Positions 9,541-18,800 are shown, counted from the first letter of the stretch. The stretch is DNA of 64,000 nucleotides from an uncultured Bryobacteraceae bacterium (GCA_938027685.1 CALJAM010000005.1:18854-82853), one strand, 5' to 3'. Numbers and translations: made by a program. Notes: a model not told the origin generated them from the letters alone.

Positions 9541-9924
9541 ATGATCGAACGGATCGTTCCTGCGGACGTGCCCCGTCCGCGCGGCCCTTATTCACCGGCA
9601 GTGCGTGCCGGCGACTTCATCTTCGTATCCGGCCAGGGACCGATCGACCCGGCCACGGACACGTTGGTCACGGGTGACATCCGGATCCAAACGCGCCTGG
9701 TGCTGGAAAACATCCGGCGCATCCTGGCGGCCTGTGGCGCATCCCCGAGCGACGTGGTGCGTTGCGGCGTCTTCCTGGCCGATGCCGCAGATTTCCCCCT
9801 CATGAACGAGGTGTACGCGGAATTCTTTGGCGAGCACAGGCCCGCACGCACCACCGTGGAGGCGAAATTTGTCGCTCCCGGCATGAAGGTCGAAATCGAC
9901 TGCGTCGCTTACAAGCCGCGCTAA
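9541..9924 (+). CDS. ridA: RidA/YjgF family reactive-intermediate deaminase
   Basis: PRPRGPYSPAVRAGDFIFVSGQGPIDP...TTVEAKFVAPGMKVEIDCVA is typical of the RidA family. ATG at 9541 is preferred over the TTG at 9532. Confidence 0.85.
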   Translation: MIERIVPADVPRPRGPYSPAVRAGDFIFVSGQGPIDPATDTLVTGDIRIQTRLVLENIRRILAACGASPSDVVRCGVFLADAADFPLMNEVYAEFFGEHRPARTTVEAKFVAPGMKVEIDCVAYKPR

Positions 9925-9938
9925 GCCGCGACCGAGGA

Positions 9939-10940
9939 TCAGCCGCGCCGCTTCAACGTCGGGCGCTCGTCCTCGTCTTTAGGCTTGTCCGTGGGGCCCT
10001 TTTCGTCCTCGGCATCCACCGGACCGCCGCCCGGCCCCTTGCGCAGTCGCGGACGGTTGGCGTCCTTGTCATCCGGCTTGCGACGGCTGGTCATGGCTAT
10101 CAGCCGCGCCTTGACCTCGTCGAATTCGGATGTAGTGACAATGTACTCCGGCTTGGCCTTCAGGATCTCCTGTATGTTCTTTTGCGCTTCCTTGATGCGG
10201 TCGTCAGTCATCGGGTGGGTTGAGAAGACCTTGGACATGGTGCCGGGTCTGCGTTTCTCGAGGGCCTGAATGCGCTCGAAGAAATCCACGAAGGCGGTGG
10301 GATCGTAGCCGGTTTTGTAGAGATACTGCAGCCCAAGCAGGTCCGCCTCGCGCTCGAAAGCGCGGGAGAATTGCAGGAACTGCATGGGCACCAAGACGCT
10401 GGCCGCCTGGCGCACGCCGTAACCTGTCCAGCCGCCCATGAAAATCAGCGGGATCATCGCGTAGTTGGCGATGGCGGCACGGCTCGCCTGGCGCGTGCCG
10501 TGACGCGCCGCTACATGCGCAATCTCGTGCGCCATCACGCCCGCCAGCTCGGCCTCCGTCTCAGCCCGTACGATGAGGCCGGAGTTAACGAAGAAAAAGC
10601 CGCCGGGCAGCGCAAAGGCGTTCACCTCGTCGCTGTCAATCACCTTGATGGTGAAGGGGACCTTGGCGTCGGAGTTCCGGACCAGGTTCTGGCCGACGCG
10701 GTTCACGTATTCGGCAATGACGGGATCGTCGATGATCTTGGCCTGCCGCTCGATCTCCTGCGCCAGCTCCTTGCCCAATGCGATTTCCTTCTCTAGCGAA
10801 TAGAAGTTGATGCCCTTGCCGACGTCTCGCTCCCCGATGGCATCGGGATCCTTCTTCTTGTCCTTGGGGGCCGCCGTTACGGGCGCCGCAAGAGCCAGCG
10901 CCGTGAGACCTGCCAGCAGGAACCGGCCCAGCCGTAGCAT
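9939..10940 (-). CDS. M48 family zinc metallopeptidase (secreted)
   Basis: HEIAHVAARH is the HExxH zinc motif. MLRLGRFLLAGLTALALAAPVTA is a signal peptide starting at the ATG at 10940. The C-terminal tail is charged and low in complexity. Confidence 0.85.
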   Translation of the reverse strand: MLRLGRFLLAGLTALALAAPVTAAPKDKKKDPDAIGERDVGKGINFYSLEKEIALGKELAQEIERQAKIIDDPVIAEYVNRVGQNLVRNSDAKVPFTIKVIDSDEVNAFALPGGFFFVNSGLIVRAETEAELAGVMAHEIAHVAARHGTRQASRAAIANYAMIPLIFMGGWTGYGVRQAASVLVPMQFLQFSRAFEREADLLGLQYLYKTGYDPTAFVDFFERIQALEKRRPGTMSKVFSTHPMTDDRIKEAQKNIQEILKAKPEYIVTTSEFDEVKARLIAMTSRRKPDDKDANRPRLRKGPGGGPVDAEDEKGPTDKPKDEDERPTLKRRG

Positions 10941-11055
10941 CGCACACCTCCCGCCCCCTCGCCGCGCCCCGCGCGGATGGGGACCCACTGTCATTATACG
11001 CCGGACAGTTCGCTCGCCCGGCGACCTTCACCTTGCTTAACGTATAGTCGAGGTT

Positions 11056-12213
11056 ATGGGTTACGAAAAAACGGTCCCCGTGCCCGCCGCGGCCTCCGCT
11101 GAACCGCTTTTCAAAAGATACGCGGACCAGTTCCCCGTCACAACGAACCTCCTCTACCTCAATCACGCGGGCATCGCCCCTCTGCCCCGCTGCGTGGCCG
11201 AAGCGATCGCCGGATGGGCCCATGAAGCCGCGGGCTGGGGATCCTACCACTACGCCCGGTGGCTGGAAACGTACGAGGATCTGCGGAAAGCGGCGGCGCG
11301 GCTGATCGGCGCTTCACGCGACGAAATCGCCATCGTCAAGAATACCTCCGAAGGGATCGCCGCGGCGGCCATGGGGTTGGACTGGCGTCCCGGCGATCGG
11401 ATCGTCGTCTTCGCCGAAGAGTTCCCGGCAAACTACCTCCCGTGGAAGCGGTTGGAGCGAAGAGGCGTACGTTTGCAGGAGCTGTCCGTCTTCGATCCGC
11501 TCGAACGAGTGGACGAAGCCTGCCGCGGCGCGCGGCTACTCGCCCTCAGCTTCGTCCAGTACCTGAGCGGCTACCGGGCCGACGTGGAAGCGATTGGCGA
11601 GATCTGCCGCCGCCGGGGCTGTCTGTTCCTCTTGGACGCAATTCAGGGCCTGGGCGCGTTCCCAATCGATGTGGACCGGGCCCGCGTTGACATCCTGGCC
11701 GCCGACGGACACAAGTGGCTCCTCGGCCCGGAGGGCTGCGGCGTCCTTTACGTGCGCAGGGAAATCCAGGACCTCATCGAACCGGTCGAGTTGGGTTGGA
11801 CCAACGTGGCCAATTACCACGACTACGGCAACCGCGATTTGACGCTTCGACCGGATGCGGGCCGTTACGAGTGCGGAACGCTGAACACGGCCGGCTGCTT
11901 CGGCTTGCGCACTGCAATCGAGTTCCTGCTCGAGGTGGGAATCGGCGAGATTTCGCAGGCTGTCCTCGCTCTGGCGGAACAGATCGCGCTGGCCGTGTCG
12001 CGCAAAGGCTACGAGCTGGCCTGCCCTTGGACGCCCGCCACCGGTTCCGGTATTGTCTCTTTCCGTAAGGCCGGCCTCGATAGCACCGGCGTTGTCCGGG
12101 AGTTGAAAACGAAAGGCATCGTGCTAGCCGCCCGCCAGGGCTGGATCCGCGCCTCGCCCCATTTCTATATCAGTCCCGACCAGGTCGAACGGCTCATCAG
12201 CGAGCTGCCGTAA
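11056..12213 (+). CDS. class V aminotransferase / cysteine desulfurase family protein
   Basis: LAADGHKWLLGPEGCGVLYV contains the PLP-binding lysine in its usual context. Size (385 aa) and overall pattern fit fold-type I class V enzymes. Confidence 0.8.
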   Translation: MGYEKTVPVPAAASAEPLFKRYADQFPVTTNLLYLNHAGIAPLPRCVAEAIAGWAHEAAGWGSYHYARWLETYEDLRKAAARLIGASRDEIAIVKNTSEGIAAAAMGLDWRPGDRIVVFAEEFPANYLPWKRLERRGVRLQELSVFDPLERVDEACRGARLLALSFVQYLSGYRADVEAIGEICRRRGCLFLLDAIQGLGAFPIDVDRARVDILAADGHKWLLGPEGCGVLYVRREIQDLIEPVELGWTNVANYHDYGNRDLTLRPDAGRYECGTLNTAGCFGLRTAIEFLLEVGIGEISQAVLALAEQIALAVSRKGYELACPWTPATGSGIVSFRKAGLDSTGVVRELKTKGIVLAARQGWIRASPHFYISPDQVERLISELP

Positions 12214-12240
12214 AAAAGGCCGCCCTCGCGGGGCGGCCTC
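12212..12240 (-). terminator. intrinsic terminator hairpin between convergent genes
   Basis: Stem GGCCGCCC (12218-12225) pairs with GGGCGGCC (12231-12238) around a 5-nt loop. AAAAAA at 12212-12217 reads as a T-run after the hairpin on the minus strand. It lies just downstream of the ompA-family gene stop at 12268. Confidence 0.55.
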
Positions 12241-12267
12241 GAGTTTGGCGGGAAGTGGAGGCTGCGT

Positions 12268-13023
12268 TCAGTTGAGACGGTTCTCAGCCGTCTCGCTTCG
12301 GGTTCGGGCGGCTGCTGGAGCCGCCTCGGGCACGAAAACTCGAACTTCCACGCGGCGCGCCTGCCTGCGCGCCTCGGCGTCGCGGGCTGCTTCGCTCGCA
12401 CCCAAACCGAGGTTGTGGATCCGGCGCATGGGCACCTGACGACTCACCAAGTAACGCACCACCGCTTCGGCGCGCTTCTGGCTGAGCACCACGTTGTAGT
12501 CCCGTGGGCCGCTGGGATCAGTGTAACCGGCCACCTCGATGACGTATTGCCCCAGGCCGCCCAGCTTTGCCGCCAGCGCGTCGAGGCGGGCGCGCGCCTC
12601 CGGCGTCAAGCTGCTGCGGTTGAAACCGAAGAGGATCGTCTCCTGCGCCAACAGCCGGACGCTGCCTGCGTTTTCGAGATAGGCAGTGAGCTCCGCCAGC
12701 CGGCCGCGGTTTTGTTCGGCCAGGTCACGGGCAGTTTCGGCAGTCTGAGCGGCGCGCTCCGCGCTCTGACGCGCGTGCTCGGCGGCTCCGCCGGCCTGTT
12801 TGGCCAGGTGCTCGGCGCCCATGGCGCGTTCCTCAGCACGCGAAATGCCGGCGGTAGTCTTCTCCTCAAGGGCCGCGATCTGCGCCATCGCTTCTTGATT
12901 CTTGCGTGCCAGCTCCTCGGTCCTCTGCCGGACCGGGTCCACCTGCTCGCGCACGTAACGTTTGGTGGCGCAACCCGCGGTGAACAACATCAGCGCTAGC
13001 GCCGCCGGGATGGAAAATTTCAT
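12268..13023 (-). CDS. OmpA family lipoprotein with coiled-coil N-terminal region
   Basis: MKFSIPAALALMLFTAGC is a lipobox. The C-terminus VAGYTDPSGPRDYNVVLSQKRAEAV is the OmpA-like peptidoglycan-binding motif. GGAAGGAG lies 8 nt upstream of the ATG at 13023. Confidence 0.8.
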   Translation of the reverse strand: MKFSIPAALALMLFTAGCATKRYVREQVDPVRQRTEELARKNQEAMAQIAALEEKTTAGISRAEERAMGAEHLAKQAGGAAEHARQSAERAAQTAETARDLAEQNRGRLAELTAYLENAGSVRLLAQETILFGFNRSSLTPEARARLDALAAKLGGLGQYVIEVAGYTDPSGPRDYNVVLSQKRAEAVVRYLVSRQVPMRRIHNLGLGASEAARDAEARRQARRVEVRVFVPEAAPAAARTRSETAENRLN

Positions 13024-13152
13024 CCGCACAACTCCTTCCGCCGACCGAGCGTTGCAAGCGAAGGGCCGTCGGCAAACTGCCCGCGAGCCTTTAGATGCCG
13101 GCCGACGTGCTGGGAAAGAATTACCAGCTCCTGCTGTGCGGGAAAGTAAAAG

Positions 13153-14568
13153 TTACTCGGCGCCCCGCAGGGCGCGAAACTCGGTCCAGGGATACGATTT
13201 CAGATCGCGCAGGTACGGCCGCTGCCATTCGAACTGCGGGTAGCGCTTCAGGTGCTCTTCGGCCAGGAAGTCGCGGCCGCAGGAGTGACCCATGGCCGCC
13301 GCAAAACTCATTCGCTCCGCCATCGCTGCATCGGCGACCTTGGCCTGAACGGCTCCGGCCGGGGCAAAGGGAGGCTGCCAGGGCTGAAGGCCCCGCGGCG
13401 AGAGCTCGATGTGCCCGCACAGGGTCCTTTCATTGGGATCCTCCTTGCCCGCGTAAGCGTCGAAGTGATCGGAAAGGAACCGCTTGCCCGCCTCCACGTC
13501 GATGCGTCCCTTGTATTCCGCCATGAGCTGCTCCCAACGCTTGCGGCGCGCGTTGGGGCTCACGCTGGGATCGTTAAGCGGGAACGTAGTTTCTTCGCGT
13601 GCTAGCCTTTCATGGACGGGAAAATTGGCGCCCACGAAGTAGCCGTCGCGGGTGATCTGCAAAGTGACGTTCTTGAGACCCAGCTCGAGGCTCGCAATTT
13701 CACCCGTCTTGCGGTCCGCCACCAGCCAGTTGTTTGCATAGCCGCCGTTGTTTCCTTCCCGCATGATGCGGGCGAAATCGTCAATCGAGGCCGAGTATTG
13801 CATCGCCTTGCGGGCGCGGACGAACTCCGGGATGCCGCTGGGATCGTAGCCGTGGAACTGGCTGATGGTGGTTTCCGTGATCATGATGCCCGCCGAATTC
13901 AGCCCGAAGTCATCGGCGCTGTGAATCAGGCCCGGGAAGCCGTCCATCAGGATACGGTGCCCGCGCTGGGGAACGATGTCGAAAACGATCCGCCAGCGCT
14001 GCCCCTCCATGTAGCCGGTCCAGGCGTTGTGCCCGATCACGGGCCGTCCGTCGCGCGTGTAGCTGCCCGTCGCCACGAACGCACTGCAGCTTTCCCGCGT
14101 CGGAAACCCTCCGGCTGCTTTCTTTCCCTGGCTTTCCTCCCACCACCGGATGTAGTAAGGCGAGAATTCCAGGAAACCGTTCAGCGCCGTGATGTCCCAG
14201 ACGTCCAGTTTGACGCCGCGCGCCTTGACCCCTTCCGCGATACCCGTGAGCTCCTGGCGGTACTCTTCGTCGATCTTCGGCCAGAAGACCTTCCGGGCCG
14301 CGTCTCGGAAGAAAGACCACGCCTGTTTGGTGTCGTGCTCGAGGGAGAGCGCGATGACTTTCTGCGCGTCGGAGATCTCTTCGGCCAGCAGATATCCGTG
14401 TTGGAACCCGATCCGTGCCGGCGCGCCTTCCAGGTGGACGAAGATCCATCCGTTGCGTTCTTCGCGGAGCGATCCTTCAAGGCGCGTGTCGCCCTTTCGC
14501 GAGCAGGAAGGCGGCGCCAGCAGAGCCCCCAAAAGCACCAGCAACAACACGTTCAGCTTTGGGCGCAT
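13153..14568 (-). CDS. phospholipase B-like / C45-type Ntn-hydrolase (secreted lipoprotein)
   Basis: Signal/lipobox MRPKLNVLLLVLLGALLAPPSCS begins at the ATG at 14568. SCSAFVATG...VIGHNAWTGY, FPGLIHSADDFGLNSAGIMITETTI and GGYANNWLVADRKTGE align by eye with the PLBD/LAMA family (HCSALIK, SGDDFYIL..LETTI, GTYNNQWMIVD). Confidence 0.7.
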   Translation of the reverse strand: MRPKLNVLLLVLLGALLAPPSCSRKGDTRLEGSLREERNGWIFVHLEGAPARIGFQHGYLLAEEISDAQKVIALSLEHDTKQAWSFFRDAARKVFWPKIDEEYRQELTGIAEGVKARGVKLDVWDITALNGFLEFSPYYIRWWEESQGKKAAGGFPTRESCSAFVATGSYTRDGRPVIGHNAWTGYMEGQRWRIVFDIVPQRGHRILMDGFPGLIHSADDFGLNSAGIMITETTISQFHGYDPSGIPEFVRARKAMQYSASIDDFARIMREGNNGGYANNWLVADRKTGEIASLELGLKNVTLQITRDGYFVGANFPVHERLAREETTFPLNDPSVSPNARRKRWEQLMAEYKGRIDVEAGKRFLSDHFDAYAGKEDPNERTLCGHIELSPRGLQPWQPPFAPAGAVQAKVADAAMAERMSFAAAMGHSCGRDFLAEEHLKRYPQFEWQRPYLRDLKSYPWTEFRALRGAE

Positions 14569-15235
14569 GCGTCCCTCCATCGGGGCGATTGTATCGCGCG
14601 CGGCATACGCCCCGGGGCATCCAAGCAACCGGCGCTCGCAGACCAAGCCGACCTGAGAGTGCTTAGCGCCCGGGTGGGCAGGCGACGTCCGCGGTCGAGA
14701 CGGCTTCATCCGTCCGTGGGCGAGGACCTCACGCAGCCCGCGCCATCGCATCCTTCCGCTCAAGGCCGGACACAAGAGATCGCCTTGCCGAGTGAATTCA
14801 AGCGGAAGGCCTGATCCGCAACCTCCGTAGGGCACGGCGGGAGAGAGCGCATTCGGGGGCTGCCCCCGCAACACTCGAACCTTCCGAAGGCTCGCGCCCG
14901 GTAAGCTGCGAAGCAAGCGGCAGGGCGCCGTGCTGGTCATTTCCACGGGGGCACCGACAAACCTGTCGGAAGTCGCGCCGCCCTGACGCCTACAGAAACG
15001 GCAAACAGCCTCCCGCAGACTCCACGTGCGCTGCAAGCCTGCTGCTTCGGCGCGCTTGGCGCCACGAGCCGGCAGTCTCAGCGGCTATGCGAAATAGGTA
15101 CTTTCGAACAAGGCAGGCCAAACAAGCCTGCCCCGGGCGTCTCGGTCGTTCGACCACGCGAAATAGGCGCTTCCCTGCCGTGAATGAGTTAGTAAGTTCG
15201 TAAGTAAAATCTGATCCGCGAGCCCCGTAGAGTGC

Positions 15236-16711
15236 TCATTCGGCTAGGGGTAGCGGAAGGAAGTCCCAGTCCAGGATCATTTTTTCCTGCAAAGCCTCCA
15301 GAAGACGTCGCTGGACTTGGGCCAGCTCCGGGCGACCCGCGAGGTTGTTCAGCTCCGCCGGATCACGCTCCAGATCGTACAGCTCAAGCACCGGACGGGG
15401 TCCAAAATATGCGCGGTCCAAAGCGGGATCGAGCCTGCCCCACAGATGGGCGTCCACTATTTCCAGCCAGCTCAGCTCGCGATAGCTGTCGACCGGCGAG
15501 TACTTCATGAAGGGAGTACAGTTGTAAATCAGCTTGTAGCGCTGCGACCGAACCATGCGCGAGAGGTCGAAGGTATGAGTGGTCGTCCCTTCCTTGAAAG
15601 GTCGAGAGCCGTGTGCCAGGCGGGCCGCAAAGACGAATTCGCGCACGGATTCGCGCTCTCCGGTGAGCACGGGAAGCAGGCTGCGCCCGGACATGTCGGA
15701 CGGCACGGGCAGTCCGGCCGCCTCCAACAACGTGGGCGTAACGTCCTCGCCCGAGGCCAGCGCGCGGATGACCGTTCCCGGTCGAATCCGCCCGGGCCAG
15801 CGCACCAGACAAGGAACGTTCAGGCCGGGATCGTAAAGGCTGCCCTTACCGTGCGGAATGGCCGCCCCGTTATCTCCCAGGAACCAGACCAGCGTATTTT
15901 CGGCCAAGCCGCGTCGCTCGAGCACGTCTAGCACCTGCTGGAACTGTCCGTCCATTCGCGCGATCTCGTCGTAGAGGCGCGCCAGATCCTGCCGCACACC
16001 GGGCAGGTCCGGCAGATATTTGGGTACCGGAATCCGGGCGGGGTCGTGTCCCGGTGAAACAGCATTGGCGTCCCACGGATGATGGGGATCGGAGAAATTC
16101 ACCCACAAGAAGAAGGGGCGGTCCGCCGGCTTCCGATCAAAGAACTCGTTGACGCGCTTCAAGGTGTCCGCGGGAGCGGAGATGTCGGCATAATCGACCC
16201 GTCGTCTGAAGGTCTCCAAGTTGTATTTGCGATAGATAGGGCCACTGACTCGGCCCTCCCGCTCCTCTCCCGGCTGAAAGGTCGTCACTCCTCCCCGAAA
16301 GCCGTCGAGATGATAATTGCGACCGCAGACGCCGGTAAAGTAACCGGCCTCTTTGAGGTAGTCGACCAATGTGCGGACGTCAGCCGGTAACGGCGCCGAG
16401 AATCTCCCCATGCGGACTGCCACCGGCGATTTGCCGGTCAGGAAGGCCACCCGCGACGGAACACACTGAGGGGCAGCCGTGAACATCGAGGTCAGTCGTG
16501 CCCCCTGCGCGGCGAACCGGTCCAAATTCGGCGTGCGGATTACCGGATTGCCGTAACAGCCGGTGAACTCTGCCGAGTGATCGTCCGACATGATCAGCAG
16601 GATGTTGGGTCGGGCCCCGGAACCTCGCCCGGTCTGACGGCCGAGCCCGACCAGCGCGAGGGCCGCGCCCATCTGCCTTCTAGTGAGCTTTAAATCTTTC
16701 ACATACCGCAT
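15236..16711 (-). CDS. formylglycine-dependent sulfatase (arylsulfatase family)
   Basis: NILLIMSDDH and APQCVPSRVAFLTGK contain the C-x-P-x-R motif. The N-terminus is Tat-like. AGGAGG lies upstream of the ATG at 16711. Confidence 0.9.
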   Translation of the reverse strand: MRYVKDLKLTRRQMGAALALVGLGRQTGRGSGARPNILLIMSDDHSAEFTGCYGNPVIRTPNLDRFAAQGARLTSMFTAAPQCVPSRVAFLTGKSPVAVRMGRFSAPLPADVRTLVDYLKEAGYFTGVCGRNYHLDGFRGGVTTFQPGEEREGRVSGPIYRKYNLETFRRRVDYADISAPADTLKRVNEFFDRKPADRPFFLWVNFSDPHHPWDANAVSPGHDPARIPVPKYLPDLPGVRQDLARLYDEIARMDGQFQQVLDVLERRGLAENTLVWFLGDNGAAIPHGKGSLYDPGLNVPCLVRWPGRIRPGTVIRALASGEDVTPTLLEAAGLPVPSDMSGRSLLPVLTGERESVREFVFAARLAHGSRPFKEGTTTHTFDLSRMVRSQRYKLIYNCTPFMKYSPVDSYRELSWLEIVDAHLWGRLDPALDRAYFGPRPVLELYDLERDPAELNNLAGRPELAQVQRRLLEALQEKMILDWDFLPLPLAE

Positions 16712-17194
16712 GCGTGCCTCCTATCGGGTGAAAGTATACATCCGGGGTTCTCCCCGCGGCCGGCCCTCGTCACTTTCCGGCACGCATTTGGTGCTTCCGC
16801 GCGTTGATGCCGCCGGGGCTTAACTCTCCGTGCTCGCGACCACGCTTGTAAGTAGCCCCCGTGAGTTTTTCCCTGGCTCTTCGCAATGGCTGCCTACCAT
16901 CACTGCAGGCGGCGGACCGCCCGGCGAGCTTTCAGCGCCCGGGGCCACGACGACGGCCCAGGCGGTGATGTCCTTCAGACCCCCGGCAAGCCTTTTCCAA
17001 TCCGATCCGCTCGCTCCCTGCCCCGTACCAGGCGTTTCTCCCCTCGCCTCGGTCGCGGCACTCGCCGGCCTGACGAATCTGCGGATCGACGGGAGCAGCA
17101 CGGCAGGGCAGCATCCCCGGCCAACTGATCGAATGGTCGTCCTTACTCTGTGCTTTCCAGGAAAACTAAAGCCGTTGTCGTAAAATGCCGTGGA

Positions 17195-17225
17195 GTCCGC
17201 GCGAACCTTCGGCGGACACCTTTTT
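17195..17225 (+). terminator. terminator-like GC hairpin plus T-run inside a non-coding gap
   Basis: GTCCGC (17195-17200) pairs with GCGGAC (17212-17217). ACC follows, then TTTTT at 17221-17225. There is no plus-strand gene upstream, so its target is unknown. Confidence 0.3.
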
Positions 17226-17316
17226 ATCGTGCGCCTCTGAATCGAAAAGAGCACGTTATGCTCGGGCTGCAACTCAGGCACTTCCTCGGCGTGCCATGGA
17301 TTTATCAGAAACCGTG

Positions 17317-18246
17317 TCAACCTCCGCGAGCGATGTCCCGATGGGTGGTCTTGACCTTGTATCCGGCGCGGGTGAGCCGCCGCGCAATCTCGTCGGCGAT
17401 GAGCACCGAACGGTGGCGGCCGCCCGTGCAGCCAAAGGCGATCGTCAAATAGCTTTTGCCCTCTTGGATATAGTGCGGGAGCAGGTAAATGAGAAGGTCC
17501 GAGATCCGCTCGACGAACTCCATGGTTTGGGGGAAGGAGCGGATGTAGCGCGCTGCCTTCGGATGCCGCCCGCTCAGCTTGCGGTACTCGGGCACGTAGT
17601 TGGGGTTGGGGAGGAAGCGGACGTCGAAGACCAGGTCGCTATCGGCCGGCACGCCGTAGCGGTAGCCGAAGCTGGTGACGTAAACCATGATGCGCGATTG
17701 GTCACGACCGCCCCCGAAGGTTTCCTCGATGAATTCGCGCAGCTCGTGGACGTTGAACTTGGAGGTGTTGATGACGTGGTCGGCCAGCGCGCGGATGGGG
17801 AGCAGGAGCTTGCGTTCTTCCTGGATGTTGCGCGCTACCGACCGGCTGGACCCGAGGGGATGAGGCCGACGCGTCTCGCTGAACCGCCGGATGAGCGTAG
17901 CGTCGTCGGCTTCCAGAAACACGACTCGCGTGGGGATCTGGCGACGGATGCCTTTCAGGATCGCGGGCAAGCGTTGCAGCCCCTCGCGTTCGCGGATGTC
18001 CACCACGAGCGCGGCCGCCCGGATGTTGGGTGAATCGCGCGTCAGTTCGGCGAACTTCGGGATCAGTTCGACCGGAAGGTTGTCTACCGAATAATAGCCG
18101 AGATCCTCGAGGCACTTGAGGACGGTGCCCTTGCCCGAACCGCTCAAGCCCGTGATTACGATGAGTTCGGGCGGGCGGGCGCGTTTGCCACGCCCCGCGG
18201 ATTTGCGCGGGGACTGAGAGGCTTGCTGCTTGGCAACCGATTTCAC
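17317..18246 (-). CDS. rapZ: RNase adapter protein RapZ (P-loop NTPase YhbJ family)
   Basis: LIVITGLSGSGKGTVLKCLEDLGYYSVDNLP and the C-terminus AFGCTGGRHRSV are RapZ hallmarks. The GTG start overlaps the hpf stop (GTGA). Confidence 0.9.
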   Translation of the reverse strand: MKSVAKQQASQSPRKSAGRGKRARPPELIVITGLSGSGKGTVLKCLEDLGYYSVDNLPVELIPKFAELTRDSPNIRAAALVVDIREREGLQRLPAILKGIRRQIPTRVVFLEADDATLIRRFSETRRPHPLGSSRSVARNIQEERKLLLPIRALADHVINTSKFNVHELREFIEETFGGGRDQSRIMVYVTSFGYRYGVPADSDLVFDVRFLPNPNYVPEYRKLSGRHPKAARYIRSFPQTMEFVERISDLLIYLLPHYIQEGKSYLTIAFGCTGGRHRSVLIADEIARRLTRAGYKVKTTHRDIARGG

Positions 18247-18800
18247 TCCTGGATCAGATCGAAGTTTCCGTCGCGCCGCCGGACGAGCACCGAGAAGCGG
18301 TCGGTATCGGCGTCACGGAAGACCAGGTAGTCGCGATCACCCTCCATCTCGAGCAGCGCCTCCTCGAGCGTCAGGGGCTTGCGCCCGGCGTGGTTGCTCA
18401 CCACGCGGAACACCCGCGGGCCGGGATTGCCCGAGCCCTCCGCTTCGAGCTCCTCTTCCGCAAGAACGGCTTCGGCCTCGGGCCATTCGTCCTTGGGACT
18501 GCGCTTGAGGTCACGCCACTTTTCGCGCAATTTCTGAACCTGCTTTTCCAGTCTCTCGAGGGCCTGGCTGATAGCCGTGTAGTCATCGGCGCCTGCACCG
18601 GCGCCGACCAAGTCGTGATCGTGGAAACGGACGGTGATTTCGGCCTCATGGACGTGGCGCTCGGTGCGCAAGATGACGTGCGCCTCGCGCTCGCCCCTTT
18701 TCATGTCGAGCACGCGCGCCAGCCGGGCAAACTTTTCCTCCAGCTTGCGCTGTTGTGCCGGGGTCAGCTCTTCAGTCCTGCCTGTGTAGTGGATCTTCAT
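18243..18800 (-). CDS. hpf: ribosome hibernation promoting factor, long form
   Basis: MKIHYTGRTEELTPAQQRKLEEKF...HEAEITV is the S30AE N-domain. The C-terminal dimerisation domain is PLTLEEALLEMEGDRDYLVFRDADTDRFSVLVRRRDGNFDLI. The gene lies immediately downstream of rpoN. Confidence 0.9.
   Translation of the reverse strand: MKIHYTGRTEELTPAQQRKLEEKFARLARVLDMKRGEREAHVILRTERHVHEAEITVRFHDHDLVGAGAGADDYTAISQALERLEKQVQKLREKWRDLKRSPKDEWPEAEAVLAEEELEAEGSGNPGPRVFRVVSNHAGRKPLTLEEALLEMEGDRDYLVFRDADTDRFSVLVRRRDGNFDLIQE

Noticed and set aside
15185-15215. AT-rich patch with duplicated GTAAGT as a dif/Xer or att site
   Set aside because: There is no dyad symmetry and no XerC/XerD-arm-like half-sites. No integrase or mobile-element gene lies nearby. 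It is more simply read as a 3' UTR of the sulfatase gene.
14569-15235. Possible RNase P RNA, SRP RNA or tmRNA in the long gap
   Set aside because: A few short similarities caught my eye (CTCCGTAGGGCACGG, CCCGCAAC, ACAGAAACGG). The universal cores are absent on both strands: GAGGAAAGTCCGGGC for RNase P, the GGAA-tetraloop helix 8 context GTCCGGAAGGAAGCAGC for SRP, and the tRNA-like ends for tmRNA.
16820-17320. 166-aa minus-strand ORF and overlapping plus-strand ORFs in the rapZ-sulfatase gap
   Set aside because: None has a recognisable family or a convincing RBS. Several frames are open at once and codon third-position G/C is only moderate. I kept the region as an unexplained gap rather than calling a CDS.
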